Shown here one piece after another: positions 47,546 through 61,190 of a stretch of 64,000 bases of DNA; the first letter of the stretch is position 1; each line of letters starts with the position of its first letter. The notes under the pieces were generated by a model. That model saw nothing but the letters and a program-made list of their open reading frames with translations. It ran no database searches and was not told where the DNA came from. The stretch lies in the NCBI RefSeq assembly GCF_009914755.1, contig NC_060928.1. The stretch is one strand, 5' to 3'. Made by a program: the position numbers and the translations under genes. This stretch comes from the human T2T-CHM13v2.0 reference genome, Homo sapiens.

Positions 47546-49680
47546 ATAAGCAAAGAGAAACAAATAAACAAACACGTTAAAAAGAATCAGAATAAGCGCT
47601 TTTTAAGACAGGTGAAATACAGAAGTAGGGAAAATTGAGATATATATTAATTATGTATTAGTTAATCCTCTGGAAGCTGGTTTCAGAACAGGCAGCTGTT
47701 AACTATTAATAGTTCAATTGATGAGGGTGCCTTTAAAGATTTTTCCTCTTAAGTGTTTAGAATTCAAAATTACTACTGCAGAGTTACAGAGAAAAAGGAA
47801 CATTTTCTCCTTCCTTGATGATAAGAAATGCATTGCATTATTTTAGTGGCTGTCAATTAAACACAAATTAAAACATAAGTAGTATTAAATCTGCAAAATC
47901 ACATTCTTAATTGGGATACTAGCTTACTTATTTAATTCTCATCTCTGAAAAACATTAATTGAGATGTATAAAAATGTATCTGTGGTACACAGGGAAGTGA
48001 GCTCTTAATTGTGAAACGAAATATCTCTCTCATTGAGTTTCTCTCTCTTGTTAACAGACTTGATGACAAGTAGAGTACTTTATTAACTTCATGGATGTGT
48101 ATGAATAAAACCAATAATTAAAATGCTCATTCTTAGAACTGACTTATTTACATGCAGTTCTGGCTGTCAAGCTTAACAATTATTAAATTGAGAACAGTGC
48201 ATATGAGGACTGCAGTAGGATTCACAACATGATTCAAAAATTACCATGGATTATACAGTCATATTAAGAGGCTTTTGGATAAAATTGAGAGAGGAAGATT
48301 ATTCTGGTGATATATTTTATAGCTTAATCATGTCTGAAGAGAAGTATAATCACATAATAATTTACCCAGCAGCAGATATATTTTGGAGGCTATTTTAGAG
48401 TAAGAGCAATGTATTTTCTGAAGTAATGGTACTTAAATGTGTTTTAATATTGGTATGTCCTTAGAATAGAGATTGAATAATTGTTCTATTGAAATGTACT
48501 GTTGTTGTACAAGTGTATACAAAGACAAATTTTTACAAATTATAGAAAAAGAGAGATGTGTGTTTACTAATATAATATTTGATAATTTGCACTCTGTATG
48601 CTAAAGTATGTTCGTCCTTGTTTTCTTCACAATTATTCTGTCTAGATCACATGGTCCTGAAGCAACCAGATTTCAGTTCATTATTCTAAGATAACTAAAG
48701 AAGCATTTGTTAATTTCCCCATGATAAAATATACGTAATTTGATTATCTAGTGCAAGTTACAGATTTAATTAATAGAATAACAAATAAATGGTTTTAGAA
48801 CATATTGCAGATAGCTTCCCCTTGTCTTTGGGGCAATCAGCTATAGCCTGACTTTCCACTGGAATTCTAAGTTTTAAAACTGGGTTATATTGCTTAGATG
48901 TTGTTATGCATTTATTTTTTATTTACTCCATTATTGTTCAATATTTTTGTAGCCAGGAAGCTGCCAGTACCAACTTTTGGCCAGATGATTTAATAAATGG
49001 ACTAAAAGAGTGAAGCTCTACTTATCCTATCACATTTTTGAATAAAACAATATTTTGAAATGAAACTTAACATACATATATTTGCCAAAAACCACTAACG
49101 GCAAAGATTACCTTTTGTATTTTTAAAGCTATTATTAAGATCTTTTTAAAACTAATAAATTTTATAACATGAAAACAATTACTAATTCTTGCTTTTGAAA
49201 GATATAACTCCAGCTGAAAGGAAGTCTTTCACAGATGTTCTGAGAACCTCTTTTGATCATGTGATTACTTTGCAAATATTCCTGGTAAGAAACAATAGAG
49301 AATGATTTCTGTCACCTCTATGTGATTTCCATAATGTAAAGTCTTTTCTGTACTTTAAGAATATCTCAAAAAAAGAATAAGCAATTTTTAGCTATTTAGG
49401 AAAATTAACTTTTAGTTTGAATGATGTTTGTTTTAATCACTGGTGTGTTTTCCAAGAAAATTCATTTATTTTGTAGTGTTCTCAGTACTTGTAAAAGTAT
49501 TACTCATGATTTTTAAAGAGCATGTACAATTAGCAACAGAAGATAAAGTATGTGGTATCTAAAAAAAGTACAAGCATGATCTAGAAAGCAAATGAGAAAA
49601 CAAAACATACACAAGAAAGAATATTATTTAACCAGATAGATTTTATATCTCATTGCTTGAAGAGAAATAATTGATCTAAA

Positions 49681-50010
49681 CAGGGGTTCTCAAACTTTTG
49701 AGTCTAGAAATCCTTAAATTCTTAACACTTATTGAGGTCACCGTAGAGTGTTTATTTATATGGATTATGTCTATTGATATTTTCTACTTTTATAATTAGA
49801 AATAATAATTTAAAAGTTTATTAATGTATTTAAAATAACACTAATAAACCCATTAAAGTTTAACATAAATAAAATATTTTTATGGAATAAAAGAATATTT
49901 TATAAAATCAAACAAAAATTAATTAGAAGAGAGACAATGTTTCACATTTTATAAATCTCTTCACTCTCTAGTTTAATATCATACAGCTGAATTCTTATCT
50001 CTGCTTTTTA
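49681..50010. mobile_element. hAT-Charlie family element fragment
   Basis: Begins CAGGGGTTCTCAAACTTTT; TTATTGAGG...TTTATATGGATTATGTCTATTGATATTT. Confidence 0.65.
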
Positions 50011-53000
50011 TGTTTTCAAAAATTTATTAAATACTTTAGACAAGAATCCATTTTTATTTGTTTTCTTTTGAGTTAGGAATAAAATGGATACTTAATATGT
50101 ATTTCATGAATGAATGAATCAATGAAACCATGTATTCAGGTATATTACTTTTGTTTTTTGAAAATTTGAGTTTAATGCATCTTTTCATTTTCTTTCTCCT
50201 TAATTACACTCTCCTAATTTGATATCAGATACTAATGTAACAAAAGCAAAATAGTACCTCATTGTGCTTAGTTTTATAAAATACTTTTACTCTCTGTCAG
50301 ATTTTAACCTGCCTGTGGAAAGAGCTAAGTGAGCTGAGCAGGCACAAAATAATTATCTGTAGATTGGTATTCATTTAGCATGAAAAATTTATTGTGTTAA
50401 AAAAAGATTTTACATCTTAATCACATTCCCAAATACCAGGTATCACTCTTGGTATAGTGATAAGAATCGTCTTACTGTTTAGCCTTTGAGAACAACAATT
50501 AATTATAGAGAAAATTATCATATATTTAAATATATTGTCAAACATATGTATCATATAACACTTATGTAATTAGGCATCTTATTCATTTTATTCTTAATTT
50601 TTTTCAAACTGGGAATATACCAAAAGATCATATAGTCCAAACTCTTCATTTTTCGTTAGAAAATTAAATCTTAATAGAAGATGACATTTTCTAATACATT
50701 TAATCAAGATAAGAGAATACTTCAAGACAAAAGTCAATTTTGGTGTTTTTAAAATTTTGAACATAACTTTTTCACATAAAAAATTTATTCAGGGATTATA
50801 TCTATTTGGTTTTTTATGTCACTCAGCCAAGGAAGATAAACTTATGGCTGATTAGTGATTTTTTATTTCTATTAGAAATGCAATTAATGTCTAGTAAGCT
50901 TAGTACAATTGTATTTAAAACTAAATTTAAATTTTTGTGGCATGAATATACTGTTTATTAAATTACAATTGCACTCAAGCCAGAAAGTAATTCTCCTGAA
51001 ACTCCAGCTCTCAGTGCACATACAGACTAAAACTAGACTTGATGTTTTCTAAATTGATGTTAGAGGATTTATTACTCCACCTTACACCTGCACATGTGCA
51101 GACTACAGAGGCAGAAAGCTTAGAGAGCAAACAAGCAAAGGTAAATCTGCTTCCTTGTCACTTTATCTTTCCATTTGAGAGTGAAAATTTGAACTGAGGG
51201 CAATTTACAACACCATTATAACTTCATTTGCTTATGAAGTATCCTTACCAAATATACCCAAAGAAAGATGTATGGTAGCTTATTTTTAACATAACATGGA
51301 AGGTTTTTCATATGACAAATTCATTTCTATTACAAATATTTTCATTGAAATATCTCACTTTATTTTAAAACACATAGTGAAGTTGTTAAATTAATCTAAT
51401 GTTTTTTAAAAGGTTGTCATCTTAGGTTACTATTGCCCATTAACATGTACTACAAAATACATATTAATATAATACATAAAACATTATATGTATCTGTATG
51501 TCTTCTAATAGGCCAAGAGATTAGATAATAATTACTCACTATTATATAGATATTTCTAAAGATGATTTATCTGAATTCACTAACATTTATTTAATCCTTC
51601 TTTCCTATAGAAATACAAGAATGTTTAATCATTTGCAACTTAGACAAGATTACATTTTATTATTCCAAGATATTTGACAAATTCTTATAGATAAAAATAG
51701 TCATTCAAAGTAATATACTATTAACTTATGTAGGCAATACAGTTTGTGTTTCTATGTGGGCTTATTATACATAATATTTATATTAGAAGAATGCCCAGTC
51801 ACTTTAACTTTTCAAGATGTGTTTTCTCCAGTGGATTTTCAGAGCATAGAAAAATACTTAAAATAGGCATATTATGGGGATTCTGGAAAGATGGTAGAGT
51901 AACAAACACTAGGAATCTGTCTTTCTACCTAGTCAACAATTCCACTGGCAAAAATCTGTCTCATGTAACTATTTTGAAACCCTAGCATCTAATAAAGGCT
52001 TGCAATTTCCAGGAGAAATACTTGAAAGATAAATGGTAATTGATTTTGGTCAATTTCAGCTCTGAGCATAGTAGCAGCTACACTTACCCAACCCTAAACC
52101 CCTGGCAGGCAGCTGCGCACATGTTCCTGGAAGAGCTTGCACACAGCCTGCAGATGCCAGGGCAAAAAGACCCTGTCCTGCAAATACCAGGGATCTGTGC
52201 CCTGACTGCTGATTGCTATTTTCAATCATAGAAGTGTTTACAAAGAGATGGGTAGCCATTGTTTTTGAACCATCTCCCACAGTTGCAAACCTCTCCCCAT
52301 CTGGCTGAAATAACTTTTCAGGGATTTAAAGGGTCAGCTCATAATTTTTATCCAACCTTTATTTTTCATTTTTTCCCCTTTTGGGAAACAGGCATTTAGG
52401 GCTAGGATGCTCAAAAGCATCTGCATATGTGGAGAAACTTAGAAAGTGACCATGCCTGCCCACAGAAAGGGAAAAAACCCAGAAAAGATGTAAAAAGACC
52501 TTGAGTTTACACCTCAGGCTGATCCTTAACATAGAGATAGGCAACAACTGTCAAAAAAGCAAAAACAATAAATAAACACAATAGCAAAACAAAACAAAAA
52601 CCCAGCAAGCACTACTGAAGGGAAAGCTACTGATTTCTATAGTTACCACATAATTAAATTCATTCAATTTTTAACAAAAAAATCACAAGACATGCAAATA
52701 AACAAAAAAGTATACCCCATTCAAATAAAAAGTGAACAAAAAAGCTGTTCTCAAGAAGACCTGATGGCAGATCTAATTGACAAATATCTTGAAACAACTA
52801 TCTTAAAGATTCTCAAAGAACTAAAGGAAGACATGGAGAAAAACAAGAAAATCATGTACAAACAAAATGGAAAGGTCACTAAAGAGAATGAAAATTTTAA
52901 AAGAAACTAAAAATATTCCAGAGCTGAAAAATATAATAACTAAAATGAAAAATTTACTAGAAGAATTCAAAGGCAGATTTGAGCAGACATAAGAAAGAAT

Positions 53001-55293
53001 TAGGTAACTTGAAGATAAGACAATGAAAATATTAAGTCTAAGAAATTGGAAAAAATCACTGATAAAAAGTTAACAGAGTCTAAGGGACATGTGTGACACC
53101 ATCAAGTGTAGAAACATACACATACTGGGTGTCTCAGGAGGAGAGAGAGAAAAAAAGGAGATGGGAATAATTGAAAAAATAATGTCTGGAAACTTATATA
53201 AGCATCCAAGAAGACCATTAAACTCCAAATAAGATTAATTCAAAGAAACTAGCACTCAAGACACATTGTATTCATACTTTCAAAAGGCAAAAACAAGGAA
53301 AAAGTCTTAAAGGCAATGACAGAGAAACAACTCATCACACACAAGGAATTCTCAAAAGATTATCAGCTGATTTTTCATCCAAAACTATGGACATCAGAAG
53401 GCAGTGGGCCAATATATTTAAAAATGTAAACAACAACAACAAAAGAGAAAAAAGAAACATTGTGAACCAAATTCCTATATCTGGCAAAACTGTCCTTCAA
53501 AAGTAAGGAAGAAATTAATACATTCCCAGATAAACAAAGCTGAGGGAGTTTGTTGCCACCATACCTGCCCTGCAAGAAATGATCAGAGTCCTGCAAGAAA
53601 TGCTCAAGAAAGTCTTCAGGGTAAAAAACTATACAGTAAGTAAAAGCCTCATGAATAAATAAAGTTTTTAATAAAGGTAAATACATGGTAAATTATGAAA
53701 GCCAATATTACAAAATTAGCTTGAAAACTTTTATACTTAATTTAAGAGAATAGTGCCTTTAAAATAATTATTAATAAATGTTTTGAGGCATAAACATGCA
53801 AAAATCTAATTTTATACATTAAGAACCAAAAGGACTTGGGATAGAGTGGTAAAAAAGCAGATTTCTGTTGTTGTTATTATTAAAGTTAAGCTGAAATTAT
53901 TCAAATTAGACTAATATATATGTTTAGAATTTTAAATGTAATCTCCAAGATAATCAGAAATATAATAGCTATAGAAAATACACAAATTTAATGAGAAAGG
54001 AATTTAAACATTGTACTATAAAAATCAACTAACCACAAAAGAAGACAATAATACAGGAAGTGAGGGACAAGAAAACTACAAGACAAACAGAAAACAAATA
54101 GCAAAAGGTTAGGATTAAGTTCTTTATTAGTAATTACCTTCAATATAAATAAACTCTCCAATCAAAAGACAGATTGGAAGAACAGATAAAAGGACAGAAT
54201 TCAACTATATGCTGTCAGCAAGAGACACCCTTTAGATTCAAGGACAACAGATTGAATGCGAGAGGATGGAAAAATTTATTATATGCCAGAAGTAATCAAA
54301 AGACAGCAGAGACGACTAAGCTATATCAAACAAAATGGACTTTAAATTTAAAAAGTTATAAGAGACAAAGAAGAACAGTCTATATTGTTGTAAGTTCTAA
54401 CACAGCAAGAAGCCATAATAATTATATATTTAAACAGCTAATATCAAACCATCAAAATATATTAGCAAAACTAACAGTATTGAAGAGATAAATAGTCCTG
54501 CTGTCATAATTGGAGACATCAATACCCCATTCTCAATAATGGATAGTACATCCAGAGAGGAGATAAAGAAGAAAATAGAGGACTTAACCAAACAATGCAA
54601 TAAATTAACTAGATCTAACACATATAAAAACACTCCACTGAACAACACCTGCATACACATTCCTTCCAAGTGTGAATGGGACATTTTATGGAATAGAAAT
54701 TATGTTAGTTTTCAGATAGAGATATCATATATATTTTCTTATGCAGCTATGACAGGATGAAGTTAGGAATTAATAAAAGAAGTAAAACTGTGAAATTCAC
54801 AAATTGGTGAAAATTAAATAACATTCATAAAGAATAAGTGGATCAAATAAGAAATCACAGCTGACATTTAAAATACTTAAAGACAAATAAAAGTATTATC
54901 ATAAAAACTTGTAGGACATAGTAAGATGAGTGATAAGAGGAAAATTTATAGCTATACATGCTTACATTATAACACATTGTAAAATACACATTTACATTCT
55001 GTCACAATGTAACACAATGTAAAAACACAAAAGTTGTCAAATTAACAACCTATATTTATTACTTAAGAATTAGAAAGGAAGAACAAACTAAAACCAAAAC
55101 TAGCAAACAAACAAACCAAAAAAAATAAAGGAGCAGAGCTAAATAAAAACAAAAACAATAGACAAAACAATAAAACCAAGTTAGTTCTTTGAAAAGTTCA
55201 AAAACATTGACAGAACTTTAGCTGGATGAGATGGAAAAAAAAAAAAAAGAAGCGATTGCAAAGAGAAAGTTCTTGAAGGAAATTAAAAGTGCC

Positions 55294-55591
55294 TTTTTTT
55301 TTTTTTTTTTTTGAGATGGATTCTCACAGAGTCTCACTCTGCTGCCCAGGCTGGAGAACAGTGGCTTGATCTGGGCTCACTGAAAGCTCCGCCTCCCAGG
55401 TTCACGCCATTCTCCTGCCTCAGCCTCCCAAGTAGCTGGGAGTACAGGTGCCCACCACCACACCCGGCTAATTTTTTGTATTTTTAGTAGGGATGGGGTT
55501 TCACTGTGTTAGTCAGGATGGTCTCGATCTCCTGACCTCGTGAGCTACCCGCCTCGGCCTCCAAAAGTGCTGGGAGCCACCGTGCTGGGCC
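55294..55591 (-). mobile_element. AluY with small internal deletion and duplication
   Basis: TTCACGCCATTCTCC, GTTAGTCAGGATGGTCTCGATCTCC; flanks TAAAAGTGC/TAAAAGTTC. Confidence 0.93.
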
Positions 55592-56188
55592 CTCTAAAAG
55601 TTCTTCTTTAGTGAACATGTGAATAATAAGAAAATAAATAGCCTTATTGCTGATAGGAAGAAAGTTTCAGTGATCAACCCAGCCATAACATTCTCTTCAA
55701 TGAAAGCCTAATTGAGAGCAAAGCTCTTGCTCTTCCATTCTGTTAAAGCTGAATAATAGAGTTGAGGAAGGTGTAAAAGAAAAGTGGGAAGCTAGTAGAG
55801 GTTTATTCATGTGGTTTAAGGAAAGAAGCCTTTTCCATAACTTAATAGTGTAGAGTGAAGCAGCAAATGCTGAAGGAGAAGCTGCAGCAAGTTATCTTGA
55901 GATATAGATAACTAATGAAGGTGGTACACTGAAAAACAGGTTTTCAATGTAAATGAAACAGCCTTATATTGGAAGAAAACAGACATATATATGAAGAAAA
56001 TGCCTTCTATGATTTTCATAGCTGGAGAGAAGTAACTGCTTGGGTTCAGAGCTTCAAATGACAGGCTGACTTTTTTGTTAGGTGATAAAGCAGCTAGTGA
56101 CATTAAGTTGAAGCCAATGCTCATTTACAATTCTGAAAATTCTGGAGCCCTGAAGAATTATGCTTAATCTACTCTGCCTGTGCTATAA

Positions 56189-56482
56189 ATGGAAGAGCAA
56201 AGTTTGTATGACAGCATATTGGTTACAGCATGGTTTATTAAATATTTCAAATCCATTGTTGAGACTTACTGCTCAGACAACAAGATTCCTTTCAAAATAT
56301 TACTGCTCATTGACAATGTCCCCGATCACCCAAGAGCTCTGATGGAGATGTTAAAGGAGATTAATCTTTTTATCCCTGCTAACACAGCATTCATTAGACA
56401 GCCCATGGATCAAAGAGTAACTTTGAATTTCAAGTCTCATTATTTGAGACATGCATTTCATAAGGCTCTATATCTTTCATAG
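56189..56482 (+). pseudogene. Tigger1 transposase DDE domain remnant
   Basis: [28 protein letters not shown]...PANT..I.QPMDQ. Confidence 0.9.
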
Positions 56483-56653
56483 ATAGTGATTCCTCTGATG
56501 GATATGGATAAAGTAAATTGAAAAGCTTGTGGAAAAAATTCACCATCCTAAATTCCATTTAGAACATTTATGATTTATAGGAATCTCTCATGAAAGGAAG
56601 AGTCAACCAATGTAGCAAATTTTGTTGTCTTATTTTAGTAAATTGACACGGCC

Positions 56654-57028
56654 TGCTATAGTTTGGCTGTGTCTTCACCCAAATCTCATCTGGAATTGTA
56701 ATCCTTGTGATTCCTCGTGAGTCCAGGGAGGGACCTAGTGGGAGGTGATTGGATTATGGGGGCAGTTTCCCCCATGCTGTTCTTACGATAGTGAGTTCTC
56801 ATGTGATCTGATGGTTTTATAAGTGTTTGACAGTTCCTCCTTCACTTGCTTATACTCTCTCCAGCTGCCTTGTGAAGAAGGTGCCTGCTTCCGCTTCTGC
56901 CATGATTGTAGGTTTCCTGAGGCCTCCCCAGCCATGCAAAAATGTGAGTCAGTGAAACCTCTTTCCTTTATTATAAATTGCCCAGTCCCGGGTATTTCTT
57001 TACAGCAGTTTGAAAATGGACTAACACA
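56654..57028 (+). mobile_element. THE1C/D solo LTR in Tigger1
   Basis: TGCTATAGTTTGGCTGTGTC...GAAAATGGACTAACACA; TSD CGGCC/CAGCC. Confidence 0.9.
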
Positions 57029-57226
57029 CAGCCACCTTAACTTTCAGAAACCACCACTGTGCTCAGTCAGCAGGCATGAATTTCAAGACCCTTACTAGTA
57101 AAAAGATAGTGACTCACTGAAGTTTTTCTTTCCATGTTATAGCAATAAAGTATTTTTAAATTAAAGTATATATCATGTTTCTTTACACATAATGCTTTCG
57201 TACACTACAGTATAGTGTAAACATAG

Positions 57227-57540
57227 TTTTTTTGTTTTGCTTTGTTTTGTTTTGTTTTTTTGAGACAGAGTCTCGCTCTGTTGCTAGGCTAGAGTGCAGT
57301 GGCACGATCTTGGCTCACTGCAACTTCTGACTACCTGGTCCATGCAATTCTCCTGCCTCAGCCTCTTGAGTAGCTGTGATTACAAGCACGTGCCACCACA
57401 CCCAGCTAATTTTTGTATTTTTAGTAAAGACGGAGTTTCACCATGTTGGCCAGGATGGTCTCAATCTCCTGACATCATGATCTGCCTGCCTCAGCCTCCC
57501 AAACTGCTGGGATTACAGGTGTGAGCCACCATGCCTGGCC
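57227..57540 (-). mobile_element. AluSc-like in Tigger1
   Basis: GGCCAGGATGGTCTCAATC; TSD AACATAG(T/G)TTT. Confidence 0.92.
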
Positions 57541-59168
57541 AACATAGGTTTTATGTGTGGTGGGAAAACAAAAAAATTATATAACTTTCTTCATTGAAAT
57601 ATTTGTTGTATTCTGGTAGTCTGGAACCAAACCCTCAATATCACCAAGGTATGCCTGTGCTTTCTAACTCATTATATGAGGCCTGCCATACCCTGATATC
57701 AAAGCTAGACAAAAGCACTACCAGAAAACTATAGATCAATATGTCTTATTAACAGTGATGTAAAAATTTTCCACAAATTACTAGCAAATCAAATTCAGCA
57801 GCATATTAAAAGATTATATATCAGAAACAAGTAGGATTTATTCCTGAAATGCAAGCATGGTCCAACCTACAAAAATCAATGTAATATTCCACGTTAATAT
57901 AATGAAGGAAGAAAACAAACAAACACAATCATCTCATTTAATGCTGCAAAATTATTTGACAAAATCAAGACACTTTCATGATAAGAATTATCAACAAATT
58001 AAGAATAGAGGGATGGTACTTTCACAGAATAAAACCCACATATAAAAAACCCATTACTGAAAAATATCCTATAAGAACAGTGAAAAGACAAGGATGTTCA
58101 CTTTTGTCAATTTTATGCATCATAGTAGTGGGAAGAGTAGCTAAAGAAATTAAGCAAAAAATAAAAATAGAAGGGATTCAACTTGGAAAGGAAGAAGTAA
58201 AATTATCTCTGTTCATACACGACATAAACTTACATGTAGAAACCCCTAAGGATACCACAAAGAAATGCCTGTTAGAACTAAAAATTTAAATGATGGAATT
58301 AACAGGAGATAAAGTCAACTTGAAAAATTAATTTTAATTGTATATACCAACAGTGAACAATTGGAAAACAAAATTACAAAACAATTCAATTTATGATAGC
58401 ATCATAAATAATAAAATACTTAGAAATTAACTTAACCAAGAAAGTGAGTCTTATACAATTAAAATTACAAACATTACTGAAAGAAATTAAAGACAACATA
58501 AATAAATGGAAACACATTCCATGTTTATAAATTGGAAGACTAGTATTTTTACAGTGTTAATACTACCCAAAGCAATCTACAGACTCAGCACAATCCATAT
58601 CAAAATCCCAATAAGATTTTGTAGAAATAACCTATTTTAAGATTTATAAGGAATCTCAAGAAATTTCAAATAGCCACAACAATCTTGAAAATGAAAGGCA
58701 AACCTGGAGGACTGACACTTCCTGATTTAAAAACTTATCACAAAGGTATAGTAATCAAAACACTGTGGTACTCGCATAAAGACAGACATATAGAACAATG
58801 AAATAAAAAAGAAAGCTCACAAATACGCCCTTGTGTATTTGGTCAAATGACTTTTAACAAGGTTGTCCAGCCCATTCAATGTGGAAATGACAGGTTTTTT
58901 TACCATTGGTGCTGGGATAAATATTCACAGGCAAAAGAATGATGTTAGACAATCATTCAGCACCACATTCAAAAATTAACTCAAATCAAATGCTTAAATG
59001 TAACACCTAAAATATAAAACTCAGGAAAAATACATAGGACAAAATCAACATGACACTGAATTTGGTGTTGATTTCTTGGCTATAACAACAAAGACAAAGG
59101 CAACAAAAGAAAAACTAGACAAATTGGATGGTATGATTATTTTAAAGATTATATCAAAGGACACTATT

Positions 59169-59476
59169 GGCCTGGCTCTGTGGCTCACACCTGTAATCCC
59201 AGCACTTTGGGAGGCTGAGGGGGGCAGATCACGAGGTCAGGAGTTCAAGACAAGCCTGGCCAAAATGGTGAAACCCCATCTCTACTATAATTATAAAAGT
59301 TAGCTGGGTATGGTGGCTCATGCCTGTAATTCCAGCTACTCAGGAGGCTGAGGCAGAAGAATTGCTTGAATCGGGACCTGGGCACTGAAGTTTGCAGTAA
59401 GCCATGATGGCACCACTGCACTCCAACCTGGGCTATAGAGTGAGGCTCCATCTCAAAAAAAAAAAAAAAAAAAAAA
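59169..59476 (+). mobile_element. AluSg-like in L1 ORF2
   Basis: GATCACGAGGTCAGGAGTTCAAG; TSD A(G/A)GACACTAT. Confidence 0.93.
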
Positions 59477-60661
59477 GACACTATCAAAAGAATAAAAAGA
59501 AAACCCACAGAACAAGAGAAAATAATTTAAAATCATGTATCTAATAAATATTAGTATTCAGAATACAAACAGAACTCCTAAAATGCTGGAATAAAAAATA
59601 ATCAATTATAAAATTGGAAAGGGACTTGAACTGACATTTCTCCAAAGATATACAGGTGATCAATAAGTGCATGAAAAGATGTTGAACATCACCAAGTTAC
59701 TAAGGAAATCCAAATCAAAACTACACTGTGATAGCACTTCACACCTATTAGAATTGCTATGATAAAACTAAAAATAAAAAACAAAACAGAAAATATAACA
59801 TATTGGCAAGAACGTGGAGATATTGAAACCCTTTTGTACTGTTGGTGGGAATGTAAAATTGTATGGCCACAGAATTTTGAGGAATTGTATGGCAATTCCT
59901 CAAAAAATTAAAAATAGAATTACTACATGATCCAGCAATTCCACGTCCAGGTATAAACCCAAAGCAATTGATAACAGGGTCTGAAAAAGATATTTGTACA
60001 CCTGTGTTTATTGCAGTGCTATTAACAATAGCTGAAACAAGGAAGCAATCCAAGTGTCCATCAAAGGAAGAATGGATAAGCAGAATAAATTACACACTGA
60101 AAAATAGTTAAGATGATAAATTTTGTTATAGGCTTTTAACCAAAATAAAAATTTTAAAAATAATATTATGCTTCAGGTATCTTATTTGTATCTAAAATCT
60201 TTTTGAACTCATTTTATGGATTGAATCTCAAAGCAAATTTATGAGTATGAGAATATTTGCCTCATAGTGTTAATCTCTTGATTTATTTTAACTATCCTAA
60301 AACTAAATTTAATTAACTAAAATTAGATTAATCCGGCATGATTCAACAATATTCTGGTTGTTTTGAAAAATCAAGTCAAACCTCAAAGCCAAAAGTTTTC
60401 CACCACTGATTTTTTTAAAATATGATTTACAAACATGGTGCCTTAAAAGTTCTAAAATATATTGAGAATTGATCACATATATTGACTTTTATAAAACTAC
60501 TTTCAAGAGTACAAATGGGTTTGGCTACCTATTTGGTTTGGCATAAGGATTTTAACATGATATTCAACTAAACAAAAGCAAAATCTATATTGAAAACTTT
60601 AATCACAATTTCAGGAATATAGTAAGTGCTTTGTCATCTTTCTTGCTTCCAGAGTAACTAC

Positions 60662-60686
60662 AAAAAAAAAAAAAAAAAAAAAAAAA
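60662..60686. repeat. Poly(A) tract (~25 nt) without a recognisable parent element
   Basis: Read directly from sequence. Confidence 0.85.
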
Positions 60687-60856
60687 GGACTGCTAAGAGA
60701 AAAAGAGAAGCATGAGAAAAATGTGTATCTGCGATTCCTTAATTCTTCTCTCACTTTACCTGGTTATGAGATGGGAAAAGGTACAAAGACACTCCAGGGA
60801 GAAAAAGGCGCCATTAAATTATGTTTAAACTTTTCAGGCCATAGTCTCTAGTACAT

Positions 60857-61190
60857 ATGATCCTGGTGGGTGTTAGGTAATCACAAGGGTCCCTATAAGA
60901 GGGAAGCAGGACACAAGAGACCATAGCAGATATGATGATGGAAGCAAGAGGTTGCAGTTATCATTAGTCAAGAAATGCAAGTGTCTTCTAGAAGCTAAAA
61001 AAAAGCAAAAAAATAGATTCTCCCTTCAGGGTCTCCAGAAGGAAGCAGCCCTGATGATATATTGATTTTAGCCCTGTTCAACTCAGTTTAGATATTTTCT
61101 TTATCAAGACTGCAGGGGAGTAAACTTGTGCTAGTTTTAGCCACTGAATTTGTGGAAATTTGCTACAGCAGCAACAAGAAAACTAGTACA
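60857..61190 (+). mobile_element. MLT1D-like LTR, 5' part missing
   Basis: GTAATCACAAGGGTCCCTATAAGAGGG...CTAGAAGCT...CCAGAAGGAAGCAGCCCTG...CAGCAGCAACAAGAAAACTAGTACA. Confidence 0.85.

Larger units (their letters stand above)
55252..57657 (+). mobile_element. Tigger1 DNA transposon, left end missing and internally deleted
   Basis: AAGTTCTTGAAGGAAATTAAAAGTGC internal motif; right terminal inverted repeat ...AAGGTATGCCTG at 57657. Confidence 0.92.
51875..60160 (+). mobile_element. Near full-length decayed L1MB (MB3/4-like): 5' UTR, ORF1 (~52690-53620), ORF2 (~54110-60080), partly deleted 3' UTR
   Basis: ORF remnants STICCQQETPF (endonuclease), RQGCSLLS...GKEEVKLSLFIHDINL (RT), ORF1 coiled coil; 3' end AAAAATAGTTAAGATGATAAATTTTG. 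Confidence 0.9.

Noticed and set aside
53570-53605. CCTGCAAGAAATG duplicated with 21-bp period in L1 ORF1
   Set aside because: Trivial slippage inside a dead L1.
56189-56482. Domesticated TIGD1-like gene
   Set aside because: Short frame within a frameshifted, deleted Tigger1 interrupted by Alu and THE1.
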